From NCBI GenBank assembly GCA_013239625.1, contig MU054662.1, positions 11,583,798 through 11,647,797 on the forward strand: a DNA stretch of 64,000 bases. The letters are read 5' to 3'. Source of the DNA: Lama guanicoe. Its lineage: Eukaryota. The notes below the pieces were generated by a model. That model had not been told where the DNA came from and did not search any database. It was given only the letters and a program-made list of their open reading frames with translations. The stretch's first letter is position 1. Every line of letters begins with the position of its first letter. This document shows, piece after piece, positions 24,801 through 35,756 of the stretch. Both the position numbers and the translations under genes were made by a program.

Positions 24801-27800
24801 CTAAGCGGAGTTCTGAAGCTTGCAGCTGATGCCCTGGCAGGACAGCCTTCCAGACCGAGTGTGGGGCACCGCTCAGCCCCACTCCCCCCTTTTCTGCTCC
24901 AGTTTCCTCCAGGGAACAGTTAGCAGTGGCCGGATGCAGACAGAGTTAATGGTCTCTTCCGAGGTGGTCTCTCCTTTCAGAAAGCCCCCTTTGTCTGAGC
25001 CCCTTAACTCTGAAACCAGATAAGAAGGTGGGAGGCAGGGCCCCTTCTGTCAAGGGATTAAGTGAACTCAAATGTACGAAGTCTGGAAAACTTCCTTGTC
25101 GCTTAGCTTAGCGGCGAGACCAACCTTGCACGCAGCTAATTCTTTCTCTCAGCCTCGAAGGCAGTTTCTTTTCAGGAATGGGCCTCCCTCCCACTGTGGT
25201 TGGACGTCTTCTTTGGGCTGCCGGGTTCAATGACCTATTCCTACAACATGGACGAGTGTCAGGGGTCTGCAGAGTCCCAGCCCCCCCTGGTGCTAAAGAG
25301 GCTGCAGGCAAAACGGCACTGCACTCAGGCTCAGGAGACCTCCAGCTGTGCGGCCTGGAGGGAGTCGCACGTCGCCTGTGACCTGCACTTCCTTCCTCTG
25401 CCCCCTCACAGGTCCTCACCGAGGTGATGTGTGTGAACCGCTCTGCAGATGGAACACACACCCAGGGTGGCTTCCCCACATGGCGCTGAACTTCCCAGAA
25501 GACGCATCGTGAAGCAGCCTCATCAATGCTCAGATGAGAATCAACTACCTAGTCCAGGTGCCTGGCTTCGCAGGTGAGGAGGAAAGTCTTTCTTCGTCCT
25601 CATCACACACCCCCTGTTGCGAGACACCCCAAAGCACTTTCCATTTGTGTGAACGAAGTCTCCCGGAGACTCCTTGCAGACTTACTTGTAAAGAATTGGA
25701 TTCTGTTTTGGGAGGTGGGTCTGGGCAGGCAAAGTCTCGGCGAACCCAGACTCGACGTCCACTCCTGTCTTGGCTGAGCTCATGGGCCAATTCAGGGAGT
25801 CCAGGGGACTGAGCTGAGAAGTTCGAGTCTATTCTGTGGCATCACCAAAGCTGGTGAGCCATCAGAGCAGAGAGGCCAGTGGGCAGTCATAAAAACAGCT
25901 GTGCCTCAGCCCCTGCCCCCTCCCAGTGTGGTGACAGCAGGATACAGGCAATGACATAATAAGACCAAGGGGGAGGTGGCACACCACCCCCGGGAGAGGA
26001 CCTCAGCCTTCACAGGGGCCTAATGCCTGTTCTGACTCCCTCTCCTGACCCTCAGGGGTTGGCTGGTGCAGAGGTGTGAGTCTGTGTCTGTGCAGGGGGA
26101 GCAGATGGGACAAGCATGTGCTTGGTCATCCAGCCAGGAGTCCCACGAGGGTGGAAGTGTTCCTGGGTGGCTCTGCAAAAAGAAAGCCAACTTGTCTGGT
26201 GCAGCCAGGCTGGGGCAGGACCCAGCCCAGCCCAGTGCTTTGCGGCTGGCAGCCCTGGACCCGGCACCGCGCGTGCCTGCTTTCACATGGCTCTGACGTC
26301 AGGAGCTGCTTGTGCGTGCTTAAGGCAAGTATGTGGTGTCTTAAGTGTCTGGGTGGTGAGCTGAGAGAGTGAGATGCTAGGAAGGACCTCAGGGAGGACG
26401 TTTGGCTCTGAAGACTGGAAAGCAGTGCCTTTCTCTGCTGCTTCTCTGTGTTCGTGTTGGCTTTCCTACCTCCTGATTCTTAGGCAGATGTCGGAGACGA
26501 GTACGTGCGTGGGAGGGGCTCAGCATGTCAGCTCTGGGTTTGCAGTGAATCAGTGAAAGTCCTTTCTGGTGGAGCCCCCGGTAGTTGGGTGTGGCCGCCC
26601 TCCCCTGAGATGGGAGAAGCCCCACCTTCCACCCTCTGGAGGACTTGTTTGGGGAAAAGTTGAAGAGAAGATGGCTGGTGCCTCCTTCTGCTCGCATGAT
26701 GGGCAGGGAACCAGATACTCAATCAGCTCAGACCCGCAGTCCATGGGGCAGACCGCACCAATGGCGCAAAGCTGCCCTCCCACGCTGTGGGAGAAGCGAG
26801 CATCAGGGCAGTGTGCGGTGGAACCCGCCTGGGCTTTAACCAGCCCGGCAGCAGCCAGGGAAGCAGCCACAAGGACCGTTCACCTTGAGCTCTTCCCATC
26901 CTTCCAGCTAAGGTGCATTTCCCAGTGACTGCAGACTGAGAAACAGGAGGGCCGACCGCACCTCGTCTAGACTACTCTGTACAGGTGATGCTGAAGCACC
27001 CGGTGCCCCCAGCAGCTGGGCACAGGCTGAGCCTAGAACAGAGTCCCAGCCAAGACTGCCATCACCAAAAAGGCATCCACTGAGCTGCAGCAGTGGCCAA
27101 GGTGCCTGTTTCCAGGAACTGTGACCTCTGGGCAGGTCAGTTCATTTCCACCTGGTCTATCTCTGGTTCTGCGTTTCTCAGGGAAAGAGAAAGTGCAGCC
27201 TCTCCTGGAACGGCCTGGCTTCACCTGGCCCTTGGAGGATGACATATACACCTCCTGCTGAGTCCTCACCACCTTTGAAACTAGTTGGAAACAGCCTGGC
27301 CACAGGAGCTGTCCCCTGGACTCCGTTTTCCTGCCCCAGCTCAGTAGAGAGCAGTGTCTGGGCAGAGCAGCTGGGGTGGACCAAGGATAGTTCTGGCTCC
27401 AGAAGGAACATTAACCAGAAGAGTTCACATCCCACCCCCTTCTCCCTCCCTTTTCCACTGAAGCTTCAGTTTCCCGGGCTGAGCCCCCAGGCAGAAATCC
27501 TGTTCCCCTCCCTTCTTGTGCTGATGCTGGCACTGCCAAGTTCTGCCAGGGCTGAACGCCAGGTTGGCAAGGTGTCCGTGCCCCTGATCAGAACCAGCTG
27601 GGCGCACAGAAGTTGGGCAGCCCCTTTCCAGGTTCAACTCCCTGCAAACAATGTCTTTTACTTATGGCAGCCTCAGTTCTGCAGGCACAGGGAATCTTTC
27701 CATCCCAGCTGCCTTTCCTTGGGAGCCTCTCAGGTCTGGAGACAGTAGAGGGCTGAGAAATGGGGGTTGCGTGGATGTTCCTCCAAAATGTTCACTTATC

Positions 27801-28115
27801 ATCTCCGTTGGGAGAGGCAGGTGTCTGGGGCGGGGGGTGCTTTAACCCACTTTCAGTTCGGGATGTGAGTGGTTGGGGTGAGGGGAAGAAGCCCAGGACC
27901 TCCGCTGTAAACTGGAAGGGACAGACTGGGAGGAGCAGTTGGTAGCCCAGGTGCCAGAGGTTAAGAAAAGAGTGACTTGACTGCTGCGCTCTCTCGGAAA
28001 GGAGAGAACCTTCTTTGGGGTGAGGAACGGGAAGGGTTTTCTCAGAAGGACTGGAAAGGGAAGACTCTGGAGACTCTGGGAGGTGACTGGGGCCTCCAGG
28101 CAAGGCGAGTCCTAC

Positions 28116-28889
28116 CTGCAGGTCGGCTCCGTAGAACCGAGCCATGGACGCATCGGCCACCAGCAGTGTTTCCACGAAGCGAGCCTCAGATACAAACCGC
28201 TTGGTCCTACTCGTGGCGCCCAGTGTCGGTGGCAGCTCGCTGGCGCCTTCTGCCTCCTCTTCTTTGCTCTCCTCGTCCTCCTTCTCCTCCTGTTCCTCGT
28301 CCTCGTCCTCCTCATGCGCGTGGGCTCCACTCTCCTGCCTCTGCCCCTCTCCCTTCTCCACCTCCCACTCGGGCGCTCCGGGCAGGGGCTGGGCTTCGGC
28401 GGNNNNNNNNNNNNNNNNNNNNNNNNNNNNNNNNNNNNNNNNNNNNNNNNNNNNNNNNNNNNNNNNNNNNNNNNNNNNNNNNNNNNNNNNNNNNNNNNNN
28501 NNNNNNNNNNNNNNNNNNNNNNNNNNNNNNNNNNNNNNNNNNGACTCGGGCTCCCCGTTCACCGTGCCGGAGAAGAAGCAGCCGCGCAGCTCCCGCTCGC
28601 CCNNNNNNNNNNNNNNNNNNNNNNNNNNNNNNNNNNNNNNNNNNNNNNNNNNNNNNNNNNNNNNNNNNNNNNNNNNNNNNNNNNNNNNNNNNNNNNNNNN
28701 NNNNNNNNNNNNNNNNNNNNNNNNNNNNNNNNNNNNNNNNNNCTGCGGGGGCACCNNNNNNNNNNNNNNNNNNNNNNNNNNNNNNNNNNNNNNNNNNNNN
28801 NNNNNNNNNNNNNNNNNNNNNNNNNNNNNNNNNNNNNNNNNNNNNNNNGCAGCAGCAGGCGGCGGCCCCCGGGGGGCGGCGCGGGGCCT
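28116..28889 (-). CDS. ADAMTS8: ADAMTS8 coding exon 1 (signal peptide, prodomain, furin site RTKR, start of metalloprotease domain); partly in N gaps, expected ATG reads AGG
   Basis: Visible translation GERELRGCFFSGTVNGEPE and WEVEKGEGQRQ...LGATSRTKR/FVSEARFVETLLVADASMARFYGADLQ matches ADAMTS8. Donor CAG|GTAGGA at 28116/28115. 5' end inferred from GCAGCCCCC-AGG-CCC-CGC-GCC-GCC-CCC-CGG, homologous to M..AAPRWPP. Confidence 0.93.
28403..28848. other. Assembly gaps: 28403-28542 (140 N), 28603-28742 (140 N), 28756-28848 (93 N)
   Basis: N runs within ADAMTS8 exon 1. Confidence 0.99.
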
Positions 28890-29166
28890 GGGGGCTGCGG
28901 CCGCGGCGCGGGAGAAGGAGGAAGCGGGCCCGGCGCGGGCAGGTGCGGGCGGCCCGGCAGCCGTCCCCGGGGGAAGGAGAGCGAGAGTGGGGCCGGGCGC
29001 GTGGCCGGTGGGCGCCTGGCGGCGGCGGTCCCCGGGCGGCCCCTCTGGCCGGCGCTGCCGCTGCTCCAGCTGAGCGCGAGCAGCTGGCGGCTGATCCGCG
29101 TGCGCGTCCTCCGCCCCCGCCTCCTCCCCACCCCGGGAAGCACAGAGCGGGCTGCCGAGCCCTTCG

Positions 29167-29174
29167 TATTTATA
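29167..29174 (-). promoter_or_regulatory. ADAMTS8 TATA box (TATAAATA), preceded by GGAAGGAAG ETS-like motifs
   Basis: Minus strand reads gccgggaaggaagTATAAATAcg at the edge of the CpG island, ~280 nt upstream of the expected start codon. Confidence 0.7.
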
Positions 29175-31426
29175 CTTCCTTCCCGGCTTTGACATAAGAG
29201 GTTTATTTCTGATCTCTCACTATTCCCGTTTCCCCTCCCCTGGGATCAGAGAGAGAAACTTAAAAGAGGGAGCGAGAGAGGAGAGAAAAAAATTTTGGAT
29301 GAAATGTAAAACCAATCAGGAGTCAGCGGGACTCGCTCCCCCCCTCCCCCGCATCCCCGTTAAATGTCAACTCCAGCTTTGCCCCCTTCCCTTTACATGG
29401 CCTCACATTAACTCCTGCAGTGCTGGACAGGCCCTTGCAGCGTCCTTGGGGAGACCCCTCCTCTGGGACGTTCCCTCCTCTGAGACCAAGTGTCCAGCAC
29501 ACATCCCTCAAAAGGCTCCTGCACTGGCCCCAGCCACAGTGTCACTTCGAGGATCCGACAGTGCAGAAGAGAGGTCTCTGGGGAAGGTTCCAGAGCTTTT
29601 CATTGTAAAGCAAAAGAGGGAGATGGGAAAGGTTATACTAACATCAGGCTCTTTGCTGAAAACCACTTTTTCATCCCAAGCTGGAGACCCGGCGAAATGC
29701 CACCTGGTTAATGCAGTGAAGGACTGTGTTACTGCCTGGCTGGGGGCTGGGGACTGATCCCTAGGCAGTGGCAAGTTATCAGAGAGGAGGTAGCAGCCAA
29801 GTGGAACCACCTCAGGGGCAAGTAAGTGCTTCACGAGGAGGGCAGCAGGGCTCCAGGAGCTGCATGTCTGTCCCTGAAAACTCAACTGGAGTACTGCTTA
29901 GCCACCTGGGGGACCTCAGGAAAGGTGGGGAGCCCCCCTCACTGCACCACCCACGGCTGTGGGTACCAATGTGTGAGAGTTGATTCGTTCTGTCCTACGA
30001 CATCACCTCCTCCTGGGATGAGATGGGGCTGAAACCTGGAGAGGGGAATGGCATGGTCTCCAGTCCTCTGTCAGGACCGCAAAACGCAGCACTGGGTCGC
30101 ACCCCAGCCCTAATGCCGCAGGTCTGGGCGGGACTGCGGGTCCTGTTCTCTAAGGATAGGCTCTGGGCTGTCAGTGCAGTACAGTCCTGGGGATCCGGGC
30201 CCTTAGTCCTTTACTGGATCACCTATCCCAGTTCTCTGCCTGCGTAGGGGGCAGTGCTGACAGTCGGGGTGCGCCTGCTCCCTTTGGCCCGCCTCGCTCC
30301 GTCACTGACCATGAACGTGAGACTCTTAGGGCCTGTGGCCCCCAAAGAAAAGCCCCTCCCAGACGCACAAGTAGCTTTACGACTGCAGAACCCAGGCCGA
30401 GTCCTGCCAGCTCCCTCCGAGCGTCCCCTCTCTCTGCTTTCTCAGAAACACAGAAGGCTTTGACTTAGATGAAGGGAAGGGTGAGCGTTCTATCCCAGCA
30501 CGCTGCCGGATCTTCTTTCCTCGATAATTTACAAGATAGGGATAACTGGAGTGTCGGATGTTTCAGGGAAACACTTCTGGAGGCAGGGGAATGGAAAGAA
30601 TGGCCTCTTCAATCCTTTTCCAAAAATGAGCAAAACACTTCATCCCAGCACAGTGGTGTAATAGCGCTGGGGGAGTCTGACCCGGGAAGGCAGTGAGTAA
30701 TCCCATTTGCTTCAGGCCTCTTGTAACATTTTTGATCATTGGTCTTTGCTTCTTGAAGCTTAAAGCCCCCTATTCCTCATCTCTCCAAGTAAAACTCCTG
30801 ATTTTCAATAGGAAAGAGCCGTCAGGTCCTGTACGCTTTCCTTCTTTCTCCTCCGTAATCATCTGAGCAGAGTGGGAGAGAGCAGTTGTGCCCAATCCCC
30901 CTTCCTCCCACATGTGTATAGGTGGCTGCAGGTGGGGGACAGCCAGACCAGGGCAAGTCTTGAACGTCCTTGGGCCCCCCTGGTCTCGGCTGGAAAGGGT
31001 CTGGAAGTTGTTGTTTTTAAATAGAATGAAATGCCCCCAAAGACGGCTCTTTGGAAGTTCCTTTGCAAGAGATGTTGGGTAGTGACCTCTGGACTTTGGG
31101 CTGAGCCTGTGTGGCTGCCCCTGCTCTGCCCTCCAGGATTCCCCCTTCTCCAGGGGTGGATGCGCTTTGCTGGTAACTCTGGGGGTGCCTGCCACTCACA
31201 GTGCATCCTGAAGGTGCCAGGCTTTCCTTAGCTCTGCTTTAACCTCATGCCCTTGATCCTGGGACTGAGACAGGGTCCCGTTTTTTTTGTGAGAGCTCTC
31301 CAGAGAATAGCAGGTGAAAACAGCACAAAACAGATGCAGCAGCCAGCCAGTGAAAATCCCAGAGGGGTGTCTGCCAGTGTGGATTTCGTACGGTACCATG
31401 TTCTTTCCCAAAATACATAATTACAA

Positions 31427-31726
31427 CAGGAGCTGGCAAGCTATGGCCAGTGGCTAAATCTTGCACGCTGCCTGTTTTTGTATAGTCTACAAGCTAAGGA
31501 TTCTCCCCTCATTTTTAAAATGATTGGAGAAATGAGAAAGAACAGTAGAATTTCACAATGCTTGAAGATGGTATGAAATTCACATTCCATAAATAAAGTT
31601 TTACTGGAAGGCGGCTGCAGCCATTCATTTACACATTGGCTCTTCTTGTGCTGTAAGGGCAGAGTTAAGTGCACCTAAAATATATTTAGTATCTGACCCT
31701 TTGCAGAAACAGTTTACTGACCTCTG
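31427..31726. mobile_element. MER58-like hAT MITE
   Basis: caggagctggcaagctatggcc...aataaagttttactggaa...ccctttgcagaaacagtttactgacctctg. Confidence 0.7.
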
Positions 31727-32000
31727 AATTACAGTAAGGCAGCATTAACTTGGAGTCCTCAGATTTGGAATGAGGGATTATCTAGACTCAGTGTAAATGA
31801 TTGATGTGAAGTAAGGAGCTCAACATAACTTCTTGCTCTGAACATGAAGGGGAAATTGTATGAAGAGTGAAAATGAAAATATCTGTGTCTGCCTTTAATT
31901 CTGTATCTAGCAACTCTTTATGATTTATTTAGTCCTTAAATAGTTAAAGGACTTTTGTGTTTATGGTATCTTATTCTGCAGGTCTATTATGCATTTCAGG

Positions 32001-33600
32001 TTTTTTTTTTGAGTAAAGATCGATTTATTTACAGAGATACATACTGCATAGAGTGTAGGCTGTTTCAGAAGATGAGAGAAAGGCCATGAGGTGTGGGGTT
32101 GGGTGCTCAGGGTGAAGCAGAAGTGGATACACACTCCATAGCCAGAGTGCTGGCTGTCTCCGAAGATGATGGAGCGAGAGAGGCAGCCATGAGGCGCAGT
32201 GTTGCCAGTTTTTATGGGTTCGGTAGCTTCATATGCCAACAAGTGGGAGGACCATTCCAACCACCCTGGGGAAGGGGCTGAGACTCCCAGGATTGGGCTA
32301 CTGCCCACTCTTTGACCTTTTATGGTTGACCTCAAAGCTGTCATGGCACCCGTGGAAATGTCATTTTCCATGTCAATATATTACAGTGAGTGTATAATGA
32401 AGCTCAAGGTCTACTGGAAGTCAGATCTCCCACCATCTTGAGCCTCAAGGTCTACTGGTAGTTGAATCTCCTGCCATTTTCGTGCTAATTGCTGTGTCAT
32501 TCCTCGAATGGCCATGCCCTGCTTCCTTCCCTCCTGTCTAATATTCCCATAATCTCATGGGAGTGCAGAGGGGCAAGGGCCTTCTTCCGAAACTACTTCT
32601 GGGCTGAGTAGGAGTGTTTTACTGGCTGTCAGGGAGTGAAAATCTCTTAATGCCTGATCTAGGGGCCCAGGGGCAGGGCAGTCTTTGGTTTTTGTGTCAG
32701 AGAGTGATACGGGCTGGGATCCTCACATAACCATCATCTGATGTGACTGTTGTAACCTGGAAGATACAAGCTTCACCAAGAGGTTAAAGAGAAAAAGAGT
32801 TTAAGGGAGAAGAGTAGGATTATGACTATTAATTGCAAATGAGACCACATGTTTTCATGCGCAGGTTTTTCCGTGCCACACATTACGGATATAAAGATAA
32901 GCACTCACATAGGGCCGGATCTTCCCTGGGTTGCACTTGTCTTTGGGCCCTGATTTTGGGGAGTGCCATGTATTTCCATACATCCTGAAGATGTAATGAA
33001 AGATCTCAGAGCGGGTGAATTTTAACAAGGAAGCAGACATCTAGATCCATGAAGGAGGCAAGTTGTAAACACAACATGGGCACAGACATCTATTAGCATA
33101 AAATAGTTAAGTCCCGTAGTATTTTATGTCCTTGGCTTAGATGAGATGGTGGTGTATGTGGTTTTTACCCATGGTTTTCATAGACATCCTATGAATCACT
33201 TTAAAGATGAAGCATCTTTATAACAGCAGTGTGACTGTCTATAATGACCAAAGACTTGAAAGGCATGGTTAAACACCTGTAATTGATAAAGAGAGGCTTG
33301 TTTACAATTACTAAAATTATGACTGATTATATTTAACTTAACATATCAAATAATCCTAGTTAATTTAATATCTAAGATGCCTCAGGGTTCCTTGAAAGCA
33401 TCTCAAAGTTAGCTGGAGCTACAAAGAGCTTTTAGAATTTGTTAAATACTTAAAATCTCTATTATGCATGAAATTCTTTTCTCAGTATTTCTTTTCCACA
33501 AACCTTTTTTTTTTTACTGAACACACATAAACTTATATTATTAGTAAGTGGTTATTTCTTAGTTTATCACTAGAGTTTTATGGAGTATATATTATAAATT
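32001..33600 (-). mobile_element. ERV1-like fragment: 3' internal region plus 3' LTR (U3-R) ending in a poly(A) tail
   Basis: LTR-type sequence ~32011-32541 with internal tandem repeats; minus-strand AATAAA (32024-32029) 13 nt before A10 (32001-32010); AT-rich ERV1-internal-like sequence beyond 32541; right boundary approximate. Confidence 0.6.
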
Positions 33601-34249
33601 TACAATGTATCCTAAGCTCTGGGGTTCTCTAAAATCTTGTTCCAGTTGGAAGAGCCATTGACAGTCATCTGATCCACTTCCACTTGAATTTTGTAGAGAA
33701 GAAACAGCAATGCAGAGGTCTCAGTGGCTTACCCAAAAGCATAAGTTAATAGTGGTAAAATTTTTCCCCAAATACTATGGTACCCCTTGCATGAACATTA
33801 AAAAAAACTTGTTTTGCTTTCAAATTTCATTTGCAGTTCATACCTTTTTGTTGAAAGTGAGTGCTTACTCTGGGCCAGGCATTGTTCTGAAGAGTCATTT
33901 AAATTTAATTTCCATTAAATCCTTGGTAATAATAGCACCCATCTTTGGACTGCTTGCTGTGGGCTAGGCACTGCCGAACTGTTTGCAAACATGATTTCCC
34001 TTCACCATTGTGACAACCTCTGAAAAGGCATCCTGCAGATAAAGAAATAGGTTTAGAGAGGTGAGGTAACTTGCTTAGGGGTCAGTTAATAAGTGCTGGG
34101 AACAGGGTTCTTAACCAAGGCAACATTCACAAACTACCAATTAAATACAATATTTTTCTAGTGATGATGGCCTGCACTTTAATTAGTGTTTCTTTGTTTA
34201 GAACCAGGGATTAATGTGGTATTACAGAGCTGGAGGGGCCTCTAGGATT

Positions 34250-35535
34250 TCATCATTAAAGATCTCAAAGAAAGGAATAAACAGTTTTTCTCAAAAGCTT
34301 GTCACGACATTTAAATATAGAGAGTTCTTTCTAAAGAAAGTAATAGACTTTTGGCCACAATTCATGTTCATTTTCTATAACTTTGGCTAATTGCTGTGAC
34401 CCCCACATGGCCTATAGCAGAGAGAGGATTTCCTGGTCCTTCTCTGTCTCGCTAGTGAGCGCAGACCCCCGGCAGGCCCAGACCAGGTTTGGTTTTTGAC
34501 ATCACTTCTGTGCTGACAGGCCTTTGTATTTCCTTTGGTATGCAGGCTTTTGTGATGCCACTTGTACGTGCATACAAGCATTCTTCTGTACTTTTATCTG
34601 TTTAATTCTTTCTCAGCCCTAAATAGTCTATCTTTTGGAACCTTTGGAACTGCACCCGGTATATAGAAAGTCATTAATGCGTACTCTTGAGGCCGTTTTA
34701 CTTTCAGTTTCCTAACTCGTGAAGCGCTGCCTGCTCTGGTGATTTTCCCTCCCTTGGTCTGGCCGTTCTGGTGTTTACAGACGGTCTCGATGGGCGCACT
34801 CCCAGTCCTGTTGTTTATATCATGGAGAACCAGATCTGGCACAGACTTCAGTCCGACGTTGACGTCGACCTGCTTGCTGGCCAGACTAATTGATCTGAAT
34901 ACACCGAGAAGCAGCAAACCAACCAACCTTTTTGTTCCCACCATTTATGCGTTTGGTGACTAACTGCAAGTACTGAGCTCATTGTTGGGTACCCCAAATA
35001 CAAGATTGCGCAAGATCCCACGTGGGGCGCCCCTGTGATGACAATTTGTGATCGCTACTGTAACCAGCTAGTTACTTGCACATTTCCAGTCTTACACCTG
35101 CAGTAACAGTGGCCACGATGATGACTAGCAGAGGTTCGGGTCATGCTTGTTTTATCACCAAATGGCCAGCAGGTGGCGTTGTTCAACATGGTATTTATCC
35201 TCTTACCATTTTTTTCAGAGCAACTTTTTCAAAAGTTAGAAATTTCTATCATGTCATGCAAGTCTGAGACAGCAGCCCTTCAAAATTATATACATTAAAA
35301 AATCCGAGTGTCCATTAGATTTCTTACAACCAGTCCCTGGAGAGGACTGAAAGAGGTGCTGTGCAGTGTCCTGTTCGCCGTATCCTGTTCTTCCCCTCTT
35401 CCCTCCACCCTGTCTTCACCTTGACTTCTGGTCTTCATCACACCAGTGTCTCTCCACCCTAGTTATCTGGCGATCTTGGAGAGAGCTGGCCAAGCCGAGG
35501 TGTCTCTAGGGCCCAGGACCACCTTAATTGTGAGG
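34250..35535 (-). mobile_element. Probable ancient hAT (Tip100/Zaphod-like) DNA transposon 5' fragment
   Basis: Minus-strand terminus ATTAAGGTGGTCCTGGGCCCTAG resembles Tip100-group ends; decayed K-rich ORF piece (KRPQEYALMTFYIPGAVPKVPK). Family from recall only. Confidence 0.35.
35163..35181 (+). promoter_or_regulatory. Strong CTCF core motif
   Basis: TGGCCAGCAGGTGGCGTTG fits the CCASYAGRKGGCR consensus. Confidence 0.55.
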
Positions 35536-35703
35536 ATAGATTGGTTTCCGTGCAGCCTTTAATTATTAATGAAAGCAGTACATCCCCCCACATCTTCATT
35601 ATTGACTCTAACCACCAGGTGGGAGTCTCGTCACATTTACACTTCTAGCTGCTGCAAGAGGGTCCGAAATCTCTCCAAACCATGGGTCTAATTAACATCT
35701 GAT

Positions 35704-35756
35704 CACACACACACACACACACACACATACAGAGGCATGCAGACACACACACACAC
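35704..35756. repeat. Interrupted (CA)n microsatellite
   Basis: Seen directly. Confidence 0.9.

Larger units (their letters stand above)
28100..29170. promoter_or_regulatory. CpG island over the ADAMTS8 promoter and exon 1
   Basis: Very high GC and dense CpG in the visible sequence; N gaps are concentrated here. Confidence 0.85.

Noticed and set aside
27977-29197. 300-460 aa ORFs in several frames
   Set aside because: Inflated by N runs and CpG-island GC content; only the minus-strand ADAMTS8 frame is real, and the upstream ATG at 29195 lies 5' of the TATA box
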